A program made the position numbers and the translations under genes. From Spirochaetia bacterium (lineage in GTDB: Bacteria > Spirochaetota > Spirochaetia > SP-2023), in contig CBDDCK010000005.1 in the NCBI GenBank assembly GCA_965225855.1, positions 704,001 through 768,000 of the forward strand: a stretch of DNA of 64,000 bases. The letters are read 5' to 3'. How positions within the stretch are numbered: position 1 is the first letter of the stretch; every line of letters starts with the position of its first letter. A model generated the notes under the pieces. It did no database searches and had not been told where the DNA came from. It worked only from the letters and a program-made list of their open reading frames with translations. Of this stretch, positions 10,790-19,432 are shown piece by piece.

Positions 10790-12115
10790 TTGAAAATGGA
10801 ATTAATTTATGTCGAGTTGGATCGTGAGGCCATTGCCAGCCGTTTGGGTGAGCTAGAGTATGAAAGTATTTATGAATTGGATAGGGCAGAAAAATCCAGT
10901 GCACAAGTAGAGAATCCGAAAGAGGAATTAGGTGAGGGAACAAATGGAAAATCTTCAGCGGTATCCATGTTTTTGGAATCTTTTGCTCCAGAGATCCCAT
11001 TGCCATATATTCTGCGCACTGATGGTATGGCAGGCGATGAGCTAGACTGGAATGGCATTGTCGATGGCATATTGTATGTGGCCTTGTATGAGCCCAAGCA
11101 TGAGCATAATAGTTATTACAAAGATTTTTTGTTGTCGTTGGAGCCCGAGCTACCCTATATTTTGCAAGATCGCTTGCGCAGCCAATATGAACAGCGTTTA
11201 TGGACGTATGCTCGTGATACGGTAAATTTATTATTATTTTTATTGCCCAAAGCGAATTGGCCTTTATTGGAATTGTGTTACCTCTATGAGCAGGAAGCCG
11301 AACAAGCTTTAATTGAGCAACGTTTGGCAGATTGCCGCGATTTATGGAAGCATGCGGCTTTGGTTTATAAGCAGTTGCTAGAGCAAGAAGATAGTAACGC
11401 TAAGTGTTATTTTCAGCTTGCTTACTATTACCTGCAATGCTGGGATTATCCAGCGGCTTATCGGGCATTTGTATCTTGTCAGCAATTGGCCCTTTCGCCC
11501 GAGCATCCTCTATGGGCTAAAAGCCATAACTGGCTGCAAAAATTAACTTTATTTAATATAGCAGAAGAAAATAGCGAATCTGCCAAAGCCTTGAATCTGC
11601 GTTGGGCCCAGCTTATGGATTGCTTGCTGCGGGCTATGGAAGGCAAGAAATTGGCCGAAGGTTTTGCATTGGAAAAGGAGCTATGGTTGGCCTCGCTGGA
11701 AATATTAAATGAGTTGTTGCTTGAAAATCCCAACAGTTCTTGTTTGTGGTACTTGCGCGGTTTGTGTTTACTGTATGGCCACGATGTTGCAACTTTGCGC
11801 AGTTTGAGTGAAGCGTTTAGTGAAACCAAAGGAGCTAGCCAAGCCTTTGCCAAAGCCCAGAGTTTGGGTTGGTTGGGGCCATTAGAATGGCAACAGCCTT
11901 ATTATTTGGGAGTCAGTTATTACTTAGAAGGTTCTTACCATGAAGCCAAATGTTGTTTACTGGAAGTATTACAACGCCATACCGAGCATACAGCTGCGTT
12001 ATACTGGTTGGAAAAAATTTATTCCGATTTGGAAGATTGTCGCAGTACGCAATACCAAACATTGTTGCAAGCTTTGAGCCCAGCTTTCCCGGATTTAATT
12101 CAGATGTTTATTTGA
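10790..12115 (+). CDS. tetratricopeptide-repeat protein
   Basis: 441 aa ORF with TPR-like helices (CYFQLAYYY, WYLRGLCLL, YYLGVSYY); start may be ATG 10796. Confidence 0.7.
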   Translation: MKMELIYVELDREAIASRLGELEYESIYELDRAEKSSAQVENPKEELGEGTNGKSSAVSMFLESFAPEIPLPYILRTDGMAGDELDWNGIVDGILYVALYEPKHEHNSYYKDFLLSLEPELPYILQDRLRSQYEQRLWTYARDTVNLLLFLLPKANWPLLELCYLYEQEAEQALIEQRLADCRDLWKHAALVYKQLLEQEDSNAKCYFQLAYYYLQCWDYPAAYRAFVSCQQLALSPEHPLWAKSHNWLQKLTLFNIAEENSESAKALNLRWAQLMDCLLRAMEGKKLAEGFALEKELWLASLEILNELLLENPNSSCLWYLRGLCLLYGHDVATLRSLSEAFSETKGASQAFAKAQSLGWLGPLEWQQPYYLGVSYYLEGSYHEAKCCLLEVLQRHTEHTAALYWLEKIYSDLEDCRSTQYQTLLQALSPAFPDLIQMFI

Positions 12116-13149
12116 TGTTGAGAAATAGCGAAGTGAAAAAAGAGCCAGAAGATTGCCTAAAAGATTTAGGTAACTTAGATGATTTGGAAAATCTGGAAAA
12201 TTCAAAAAATGTGAAAGATAAAAATGAAGGCTGTTTTCGTTCAGGCTTTGTTGCTCTGGTTGGGCGGCCTTCTGCAGGTAAATCGACATTATTAAATACT
12301 TTGTGTGGCCAGAAAGTGGCAATTATTTCACCCAAGCCACAGACTACGCGCAATGTGATTCGCGGGATTGTCCATCGTGAAACTTACCAATTGGTCTTTT
12401 TAGATACGCCGGGATTTTCCGAAACCAAAGATTTATTGTCTAGCCATTTGCGTAATGAATTGCACAATGCTTTGCGCAAAGCCGAAGCAATATTGTATCT
12501 GCTTGATCTAAGCCGCTCCCACCATAAGGAGGCTAGAAAAGTCGATGCGGGAGAAGAACAGGGCCTTTTGGCCTTGTTGCGCGAAGTGTTAGTTAGAGAT
12601 TCTCGCCCGCTGTGTTTTGCGATGAATAAAGTTGATTTGTTGTGTGAGGCTGGCTTGCAACAGCGTGCTGCCGAATATTGGGAATTGATAAAGCAGTACT
12701 TTCCAGAAGAAAATAGTTTTTTTCAGGTGTCTGCCAAGCAAAAATATGGGACTGAAGCACTATTACAGTACCTTAGTGCGAAACTTCCAAAAGGGGGGCT
12801 GCTTTATGACGTTGATATCTATAGCGATCAAGAGCCACAGTTTCGTATTCAGGAATTGATACGTGAACAGGCTTTATCTTTTTGTGGCAAAGAATTACCG
12901 TATGCATTATATGTAGAAATTGCCGATTTAGAATACAAAGGTGAACAGCCCCAGCAAAGTTTGTGGGTTCGCGCTTTTTTGCAAGTTGAGCGAGATTCAC
13001 AGAAAGGTATTTTGGTTGGCAAAGGTGGTGAGCGTATCCGTGAAATTCGCAAGCGCAGCACACGAGCGGTGCGCAAAGAATTTGCTTGCCCGGTAGAGCT
13101 TGAATTGCAAGTTAAAGTGGATTACAAATGGCGAAGGAAAAACCGTTAG
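12115..13149 (+). CDS. era: GTPase Era
   Basis: GRPSAGKST, PQTTR, DTPG, NKVD, KH domain SQKGILVGKGG; start set at ATG 12115 overlapping the upstream TGA (ORF track 11950). Confidence 0.95.
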   Translation: MLRNSEVKKEPEDCLKDLGNLDDLENLENSKNVKDKNEGCFRSGFVALVGRPSAGKSTLLNTLCGQKVAIISPKPQTTRNVIRGIVHRETYQLVFLDTPGFSETKDLLSSHLRNELHNALRKAEAILYLLDLSRSHHKEARKVDAGEEQGLLALLREVLVRDSRPLCFAMNKVDLLCEAGLQQRAAEYWELIKQYFPEENSFFQVSAKQKYGTEALLQYLSAKLPKGGLLYDVDIYSDQEPQFRIQELIREQALSFCGKELPYALYVEIADLEYKGEQPQQSLWVRAFLQVERDSQKGILVGKGGERIREIRKRSTRAVRKEFACPVELELQVKVDYKWRRKNR

Positions 13150-14241
13150 ATGCGAACATCATCTGCTTCGTCTGCTGGCCCATATAACTATTTTTTTGCT
13201 TTGCCACCAGAGCGGTGGAATAATTCGCTAAATTTTTGTTATTTATTCATTTGGGATAGTGAAGGGCACTTGGCGTGCCAGACGGATATAAATCATGCCA
13301 ATTGTATTCAATCAAAAGATTTACTATCTATACTTCCTTATTTAGAGCCAAACAATTTAGACGATCGGGAGCTGAGGGCAAACTTCCAGCTTTTTGGTTT
13401 TATCAGCAACACGGGGCCAATTCGTGGCAGTGAAATTCTACAGCAACCGCAGCAGCAATCAAAAGCCCTTTGTTTTGTCAGTTCTAAGGAAGATTGTTGC
13501 CCCAAATATTTATTTAAATTAGGGGTGCGCAGTTGGCAGTCATTTAATCATTTGCTTTTGCATTGCGCAGAGTGGCAAATTGGGCTTTTAGCTAGGGCCA
13601 AAGAATTAGCTTATTTTTCTTGTGGATTGCGTTTTTGCAGTAGTTGTGGGGCTGGGTTACAATGGTTAAACAATGAATTTGGTAAAAGCTGCATGTTTTG
13701 CCAGGCTTTATTTTTTCCGCGCCAAGACCCTTCTGTGATTAGCTTAGTGTGTGAAAAAGCAACTGATGGCAGCGGGCGGGAATGGCTATTGTTGGCCCAT
13801 AATATTCGGTTTCGGGCGCATGTATATAGTTTGATTGCTGGTTTTGTCGATGCGGGTGAAACTTTGGAACAGGCTATTGTGCGCGAATGTTGGGAAGAAG
13901 CAGGGGTCTATCTGGAAGATTTGCAGTATCTATATTCGCAAGCTTGGCCCCAACCGCATTCTCTAATGGCTGGCTTTCAAGCCTACAGCAGAGGGGGTAT
14001 GGCTCAATGTCGTCCAGACGCTAAAGAAATTGTAACCTTACTGTGGCTGGAACGCAGCGATATTCGCCGTTGCTTAGAGCAGCAGAGTAGGACAAAAAAT
14101 TTTATTATGCCATTAACCGATTGTACCGAAAATTATGTCTTGAAAGGTGAATTTGAGGAAACTTCATTTTGCTTGCCACGTGTTGGCAGTATTGCCCGCA
14201 AGATGATTGAACAATGGGTTGGTTTAGAAATCGTTATATAA
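13150..14241 (+). CDS. nudC: NAD(H) diphosphatase NudC
   Basis: FCSSCG..CMFC zinc ribbon, Nudix box AGFVDAGETLEQAIVRECWEE, SQAWPQPHSLM. Confidence 0.9.
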   Translation: MRTSSASSAGPYNYFFALPPERWNNSLNFCYLFIWDSEGHLACQTDINHANCIQSKDLLSILPYLEPNNLDDRELRANFQLFGFISNTGPIRGSEILQQPQQQSKALCFVSSKEDCCPKYLFKLGVRSWQSFNHLLLHCAEWQIGLLARAKELAYFSCGLRFCSSCGAGLQWLNNEFGKSCMFCQALFFPRQDPSVISLVCEKATDGSGREWLLLAHNIRFRAHVYSLIAGFVDAGETLEQAIVRECWEEAGVYLEDLQYLYSQAWPQPHSLMAGFQAYSRGGMAQCRPDAKEIVTLLWLERSDIRRCLEQQSRTKNFIMPLTDCTENYVLKGEFEETSFCLPRVGSIARKMIEQWVGLEIVI

Positions 14242-14261
14242 AAATAATCAAAGGAGTGGTA

Positions 14262-15140
14262 ATGAAAATACGTGATTTTTATCGCAATAAAGTGGTGGTG
14301 GTATATGGTGCTAGTGGTGGTTTGGGGGAGGCCATTTGTGCCGAGCTTTACGGTATTGTAGCGCAATTGATATTGGCTGGGCGCAATGCTGAAAAATTGC
14401 AAGCCGTGAAACAACAGCTAGAATCTCACTGTGAAGGGTCTTATCAACAAGTAAAGCAAAGGGGAAAGCAAGAAGAAAAAACGGTATTGCAAATTTGGGC
14501 ATTTAGCAGTGAGCATGCAGCGGATATGGCTGCTTTTGCTACACGGGTGAAAAATAGCGGAGCCGATGGTTTGATTATTGCTACAGGAAAAACTTTATAT
14601 CAAAGTTTTTATGATCAAAGGGAAAATATCACCGAAGCTTGGCCTCCCTATGAAGAATTGCTCTATATCAATGTGGCCAGCATTTTTCAGTTGGCAATAG
14701 CCTTACTACCGTATTTTCGCCAGCAGCAAGGGTTTTTTCATATTGCCGGTAGCTATGCTTGTTTATTTCCAGTGCCGTATCAAGCTGTATATTCAGCTAG
14801 TAAAACCGCATTGCTTTCATTTGTGCAGGCAGTTACTAAGGAACTGGAAGCAGAATTTGGGCCAAAGAATGTGCGTGGCCTTTTGAATATTTCTTTAATT
14901 GGCGGTATGGCTACCAATATGTATTACCAAAGTGGCTTGCAAAAACAATTTGCTACTTTAGAAAAACTGGTAATAGCTTCCCCTCAAAAAGTTGCTGTTG
15001 GCTTGTTGCAAGGAATTGCAAGCAGAAAGAAAGTGATTACTATCAAATGGAGAGGTTTTTTGGTGTATCATTTTGTCAGACGATTGCCAACCAGTTGGGT
15101 TAGCTATGCTTTGTTGCGTGCTTATCGCCCGAAAAAGTAG
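14262..15140 (+). CDS. short-chain dehydrogenase/reductase
   Basis: GASGGLG, YSASK; AGGAG RBS before ATG 14262 (ORF track 14214). Confidence 0.88.
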   Translation: MKIRDFYRNKVVVVYGASGGLGEAICAELYGIVAQLILAGRNAEKLQAVKQQLESHCEGSYQQVKQRGKQEEKTVLQIWAFSSEHAADMAAFATRVKNSGADGLIIATGKTLYQSFYDQRENITEAWPPYEELLYINVASIFQLAIALLPYFRQQQGFFHIAGSYACLFPVPYQAVYSASKTALLSFVQAVTKELEAEFGPKNVRGLLNISLIGGMATNMYYQSGLQKQFATLEKLVIASPQKVAVGLLQGIASRKKVITIKWRGFLVYHFVRRLPTSWVSYALLRAYRPKK

Positions 15141-15420
15141 CTTTAAAAATTCATGGCATATTTGCGCCAGGGGTAATTTGCCATCAAGTGCTAAGCCAAT
15201 CAACCAATTTATATAATGGCATAGTGATAAAAATGGTTAAACTAAATAGGCTCAATGCCATAAATGGGCTACTGAAGTGTAAATAAAAATCTAGCAATAC
15301 TTGTATAAGCAACATCAAACCTTCCAAAATATTCACAATTGCACTCCCTACCACTACCCCCCAAAACTTTCACAATAAAAACCAAACCATGCCCTAATTA
15401 TGTACTTTTGAAAAGTAACA

Positions 15421-15512
15421 ATTATGGACTAGGTCGGTCCATAGTTATCGACTTGCCTCGTCTATAACTATGGATTGGTTGCTTTGATGGTTTATAGATT
15501 ACAATAATATTC
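15421..15512. repeat. degenerate 23-bp-period dyad array
   Basis: Units at 15421, 15444, 15467, ~15490 (ATTATGGACTAGGTCGGTCCATA / GTTATCGACTTGCCTCGTCTATA / ACTATGGATTGG...); 14-bp inverted arms CCATAGTTATCGAC..GTCTATAACTATGG. Confidence 0.6.
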
Positions 15513-15522
15513 AATGCAAATG

Positions 15523-15738
15523 GATTGGCATGGATTTTTAACCCCCAACCAACACTAATGACCTAACAAAAACACAAAAAAAGTGCCCCAAACATAAAAA
15601 AAGCACAAAAAAACTTACAAAAAGCTTACAAAAAGCTTGTATGGGCCTTGACGCAACACCCCCCCTAGCAAAATGGGGATTTACAGACTAGCCCGTATGG
15701 GTTTTGTCAATCTCAAGCCATTTTTGGAGGTATTGCTT
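15523..15738 (+). promoter_or_regulatory. upstream region shared with paralog at 38089-38289 (A-tracts, TTGACG, C7 tract, hairpin, GGAGG RBS)
   Basis: Highly similar sequence precedes both lipoprotein genes. Confidence 0.75.
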
Positions 15739-18204
15739 ATGTATAAGCTCAAACTATTTTTATTGCCATTAGCCTGGCTACTGGCCTTTATGGCCTTGGC
15801 CTGCGCCCCGCCCGATGACGATGATGCGCCATCTTCTGGGCCGTCTTCTGGGCCTGCAATCACCAGTGCAAGCTACGATGTTGGCACGGCTATCTTAACC
15901 GTACAAGGCACGAACTTAAGTCCTACAGAAGCGCAAATCCAAACCATCGTAGTAGATGGCGTAGCCTTAGATTCCTATACTGCAGATGACGATGCCACTG
16001 GGGTAAATAGTAACGGTCTTGCAGAAGGTAAGTACCGTATTAAAAGCGATGGCACAGCGCTTTGGCTGAAACTTAAAGATGAACATAAAGCTGTTCTTGA
16101 GGCCAAGGTGGGTAGCGATGGTCTAAAAAAAGGGTTGCTTACTAGCTCTGGTGCTTGGGCGGGTTTAGATACAGCCAAAGACTTAACCGTTAGGAATATA
16201 CCCGCAGCCGAACAAGTCGATGATCAATCGCGTAAGCAAACTGAAGACGAAGAAGCTGAAGAAGACGAACAAGTCGAAGAAGCTGAAGAAGAGTCGCCTA
16301 AGCAACCTAAAGCCGAAGAGCAGTCGCCTAAGCAAGCTAAAGTCGAACAAGACGAACAAGACGAACAAGCTGAACAAGCCAAACAAGTCGAACAAGCTGC
16401 AATTACCCGTGCAAGCTACCATGTTGGCACGGCGCTGTTAACCTTGCAAGGTACTGACTTAGCTAGTGCGACCCAAGCACAAATCCAAACCATCAAAGTA
16501 TATGACCTAGTCTTAAGTTCCTATATTGCAGATGGCACAGCCACTGGGCCAGATAGTCGTGGTCTTGCAAAAGGTAAGTACCGTATGAAAAGCGATGGCA
16601 CAGCGCTTTGGCTGAAACTTACCGATCGACATAAAGCTACTCTTCAGGCCAAGCCCGGTATGGCTAACGATGGTCTAAAAAAAGGGTTGCTTAGCGTTGG
16701 CACTGGTAGTTGGGCGGGTTTAGATACAGCCAAAGCCTTAACCGTTAGTGGAAACCCCGCAATTACCGGTGCAAGCTACCATGTTGGCACGGCGCTGTTA
16801 ACTGTACAAGGTACTCACTTAGCTAGTGCGACCCAAGCACAAATCCAAACCATCAAAGTATATGACCTAGTCTTAAGTTCCTATATTGCAGATGGCACAG
16901 CCACTGGGCCAGATAGTCGTGGTCTTGCAAAAGGTAAGTACCGCCTGCATAGCGCTGGCACAGCGCTTTGGCTTTACCTTACCGATGACGATAAAGCTAC
17001 TCTGAATGGCAAGACAGGTATGGATAGCAATGGTCTAAAAGATGGGTTGCTTACTAGCACTGGTACTTGGGCGGGTTTAGATACAGCCAAAGCCTTAACC
17101 GTTAGTGGAAACCCCGCAATTACCGGTGCAAGCTACCATGTTGGCACGGCGCTGTTAACCTTGCAAGGTACTGACTTAGCTAGTGCGACCCAAGCGCAAA
17201 TCCAAACTATCACGGTAGATGGCTTAGTCTTAAGTTCCTATACTGCAGATGAGGATGCCACTGGGCCAAATAGTAACAATCTTGCAAAAGGTAAGTACCG
17301 CATTAAAAACGATGGCACAGCGATTTGGCTGAAACTTACCGATGACGATAAAGCTACTCTGAATGGCAAGGACGGTATGGATAGCAATGGTCTAAAAGAT
17401 GGGTTGCTTAGCGTTGGCACTGGTGCTTGGGCGGGTTTAGATACAGCCAAAGCCTTGGCCGTTAGTGGACACCCACCCGCAATTACCAGTGCAACCTACA
17501 ATGCTATTACAGGCGTGTTAGTGATTACAGGTACTAATTTACCAGCAGCAGTTGCAGGCTGGGACTTTAGGAAATTGAGGTTTGTCGCAGGTAATGGTGC
17601 TAAGAGTACCCCATTATTACGGCACCGAACAACTTCATATACTGACGCAGCCACAGGTTCTGCAGCAAGTGCAACAAGCTTAACGATTACTTTAAAGGGT
17701 CATGAAAAAAGGAAAGCCAGGGCTATACTGGTTAAGAATGGTGATAGTGATGCTAATGGTGCATACAACCTGGAAGCAGCAGCAGGATTTGCAGGTGGTA
17801 GCGCAGCAGACACAACCAATCCTATTACCGTTAGTGGCTATGTAAGTTCTATCAGGGACGTATACTACAATGTTAATACAGGCGTGTTATTGATTACAGG
17901 TAGCGAGTTACCGGAGACAGTTGAAGACTGGGACTTTAGTAAATTGACGATTGTATCCGTTGATGATAAGAAATACACATTACCCCAGCACGCAACCGCA
18001 GGTGAAAACACAGCCACAGGTTCTGCAGCAAGTATAACAAGCGTAACTATTACTTTAAGCGGTAGTGTAAAAGCCAAAGTCAATGCTATACTGGTTAAGG
18101 TTGGTAAAAGTGCTGATGGTTATTACAACCTTGAAGCAGCAGCAGGATTTGTAACGGGTAGTCTAGCAGACCTAAAAAATGCTATTCAAGTTGTAGATTG
18201 GTAA
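15739..18204 (+). CDS. repeat-built surface lipoprotein (4 type-A plus 2 type-B ~120-aa probable beta-sandwich repeats, acidic linker)
   Basis: GGAGG RBS, signal MYKLKLFLLPLAWLLAFMALA-C; DNA repeat starts 16399, 16759, 17116; ORF track starts 15673. Confidence 0.85.
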   Translation: MYKLKLFLLPLAWLLAFMALACAPPDDDDAPSSGPSSGPAITSASYDVGTAILTVQGTNLSPTEAQIQTIVVDGVALDSYTADDDATGVNSNGLAEGKYRIKSDGTALWLKLKDEHKAVLEAKVGSDGLKKGLLTSSGAWAGLDTAKDLTVRNIPAAEQVDDQSRKQTEDEEAEEDEQVEEAEEESPKQPKAEEQSPKQAKVEQDEQDEQAEQAKQVEQAAITRASYHVGTALLTLQGTDLASATQAQIQTIKVYDLVLSSYIADGTATGPDSRGLAKGKYRMKSDGTALWLKLTDRHKATLQAKPGMANDGLKKGLLSVGTGSWAGLDTAKALTVSGNPAITGASYHVGTALLTVQGTHLASATQAQIQTIKVYDLVLSSYIADGTATGPDSRGLAKGKYRLHSAGTALWLYLTDDDKATLNGKTGMDSNGLKDGLLTSTGTWAGLDTAKALTVSGNPAITGASYHVGTALLTLQGTDLASATQAQIQTITVDGLVLSSYTADEDATGPNSNNLAKGKYRIKNDGTAIWLKLTDDDKATLNGKDGMDSNGLKDGLLSVGTGAWAGLDTAKALAVSGHPPAITSATYNAITGVLVITGTNLPAAVAGWDFRKLRFVAGNGAKSTPLLRHRTTSYTDAATGSAASATSLTITLKGHEKRKARAILVKNGDSDANGAYNLEAAAGFAGGSAADTTNPITVSGYVSSIRDVYYNVNTGVLLITGSELPETVEDWDFSKLTIVSVDDKKYTLPQHATAGENTATGSAASITSVTITLSGSVKAKVNAILVKVGKSADGYYNLEAAAGFVTGSLADLKNAIQVVDW

Positions 18205-18277
18205 GTAGGGTTTGGTTGTTGCTGTAAGCAATGCTCTTGGTTGGCTTATTGTTCGCTCTTAGAGAATAGGCTTAGTG

Positions 18278-18322
18278 GGCAAGCAAGGTTTAGGCTTTAG
18301 GCCAAGCTTTGCTTGCCTTTTT
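18278..18322 (+). terminator. intrinsic terminator of lipoprotein 1
   Basis: GGCAAGCAAGG...CTTTGCTTGCC followed by TTTTT. Confidence 0.7.
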
Positions 18323-18475
18323 GTTAGACAAATATGGCTAGTAACACACTACCAAGTGGTTAGTGGGTTACGACTAGCTTGGTTTGTGGGTACTACCCGC
18401 TTGGTAGTGGAATAATTCCTGTTATGGGAATCTAGTTTTTACAATCCACTACCTTATTTGCCCTTTTTGTTGGGG
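18309..18475. repeat. ~165-bp hairpin-rich element, copy 1 (direct repeat of 19166-19329)
   Basis: 18391-18475 matches 19245-19329 with about 10 differences in 85 nt by eye. Confidence 0.85.
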
Positions 18476-18530
18476 CTTGGTACAACCAAACCATTGCATT
18501 GACTTTTTTAGCAAAAGTTTCGGCTAAGCC

Positions 18531-18559
18531 TTGACTTTGTTTATGCTTTAGGCTATATT
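18531..18559 (+). promoter_or_regulatory. sigma70 promoter, probably leaderless transcript
   Basis: TTGACT-17 bp-TATATT, 6 nt before ATG 18566, no SD. Confidence 0.65.
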
Positions 18560-18565
18560 GGGCTA

Positions 18566-19156
18566 ATGAATAATTTAGCCGAACACCATGACCAAGCCTT
18601 GATACAAGACCTAATCGAAAACCTACTAAAAGAAAATTTAGCTAAGGAAGTGCAGCGCCAACTACAAGACCAATTGGCGCAGCAACCATTGCCAGCACCC
18701 GCTAGAGCCGAAAAGCCCAATTATGGGCCCGAACTACTAGAACGCATGGTGCGGGTAGAAGAAGAGCTCAAGCACCAAAGAGAGCTGCTGCAACAAAACC
18801 AAGAAGTGCTTAAAACCTTTATGCAGCAAATGGACAAGCGCTTTGAACAAGTCGACAAGCGTTTTGAGCAAGTCGACAAGCGCTTTGAAGCTATGCAGCA
18901 AAGTATCGATAAGCGCTTTGAAGCTATGCAGCAAAGTATTGATAAGCGCTTTGAACAAGTGGATAAACGCTTTGAGCAAATGGACAAGCGTTTTGAAGCT
19001 ATGCAACAAAGTATTGACAAGCGCTTTGAAGTTATGCAACAAAACATGGACAAACGCTTTGAACAAGTGGATAAAAGGTTTTTGATGTTGCAATGGTTTA
19101 TAGGAACAGGCATTGGCCTAGTTATCGGTATCTTGGGCTTGCTTAAATTGATGTAA
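18566..19156 (+). CDS. coiled-coil repeat protein with C-terminal TM (DUF1640/Bdr-like architecture)
   Basis: DKRFEQV (21 bp) and DKRFEAMQQSI (33 bp) repeats in order 7,7,11,11,7,7,11,11,7; terminal WFIGTGIGLVIGILGLL. Confidence 0.85.
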   Translation: MNNLAEHHDQALIQDLIENLLKENLAKEVQRQLQDQLAQQPLPAPARAEKPNYGPELLERMVRVEEELKHQRELLQQNQEVLKTFMQQMDKRFEQVDKRFEQVDKRFEAMQQSIDKRFEAMQQSIDKRFEQVDKRFEQMDKRFEAMQQSIDKRFEVMQQNMDKRFEQVDKRFLMLQWFIGTGIGLVIGILGLLKLM

Positions 19157-19165
19157 GCCCAAGCC

Positions 19166-19329
19166 TTGCTTGACTTTTTTGGGGTAATCTGGTATCAACC
19201 CACTACTAAGCAGGTAGTGGGTTGATACCAGATTGGTTTGTTGATACTACCCGCTTGGTAGTGAAATAATTCCCTTTATGGGAATCTAATTTTTAGAATC
19301 TACTGCTTTATTTACCCTTTTTTTGGGGG
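19166..19329. repeat. ~165-bp hairpin-rich element, copy 2
   Basis: Perfect 21-bp inverted repeat AATCTGGTATCAACCCACTAC-N7-GTAGTGGGTTGATACCAGATT; GGT motifs every 22 bp (19191, 19213, 19235, 19257). Confidence 0.85.
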
Positions 19330-19432
19330 TATTGTAAGAAGGTAGATGAGTCGACTAAATCATTTGGAAAGTTTTTTTAAGCATATATTCTCCCTTATGA
19401 AGCGAAGTGAAGAACGATATGTAAGAATGCTG

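Noticed and set aside
18721..19113. Antisense and alternate-frame repetitive ORFs
   Set aside because: Shadows of the DKRF repeats; the plus-strand ORF has the promoter and TM anchor
19186..19234. Integron attC site
   Set aside because: Perfect 49-bp hairpin without extrahelical bases, ends do not fit RYYYAAC/GTTRRRY, and no integrase is seen
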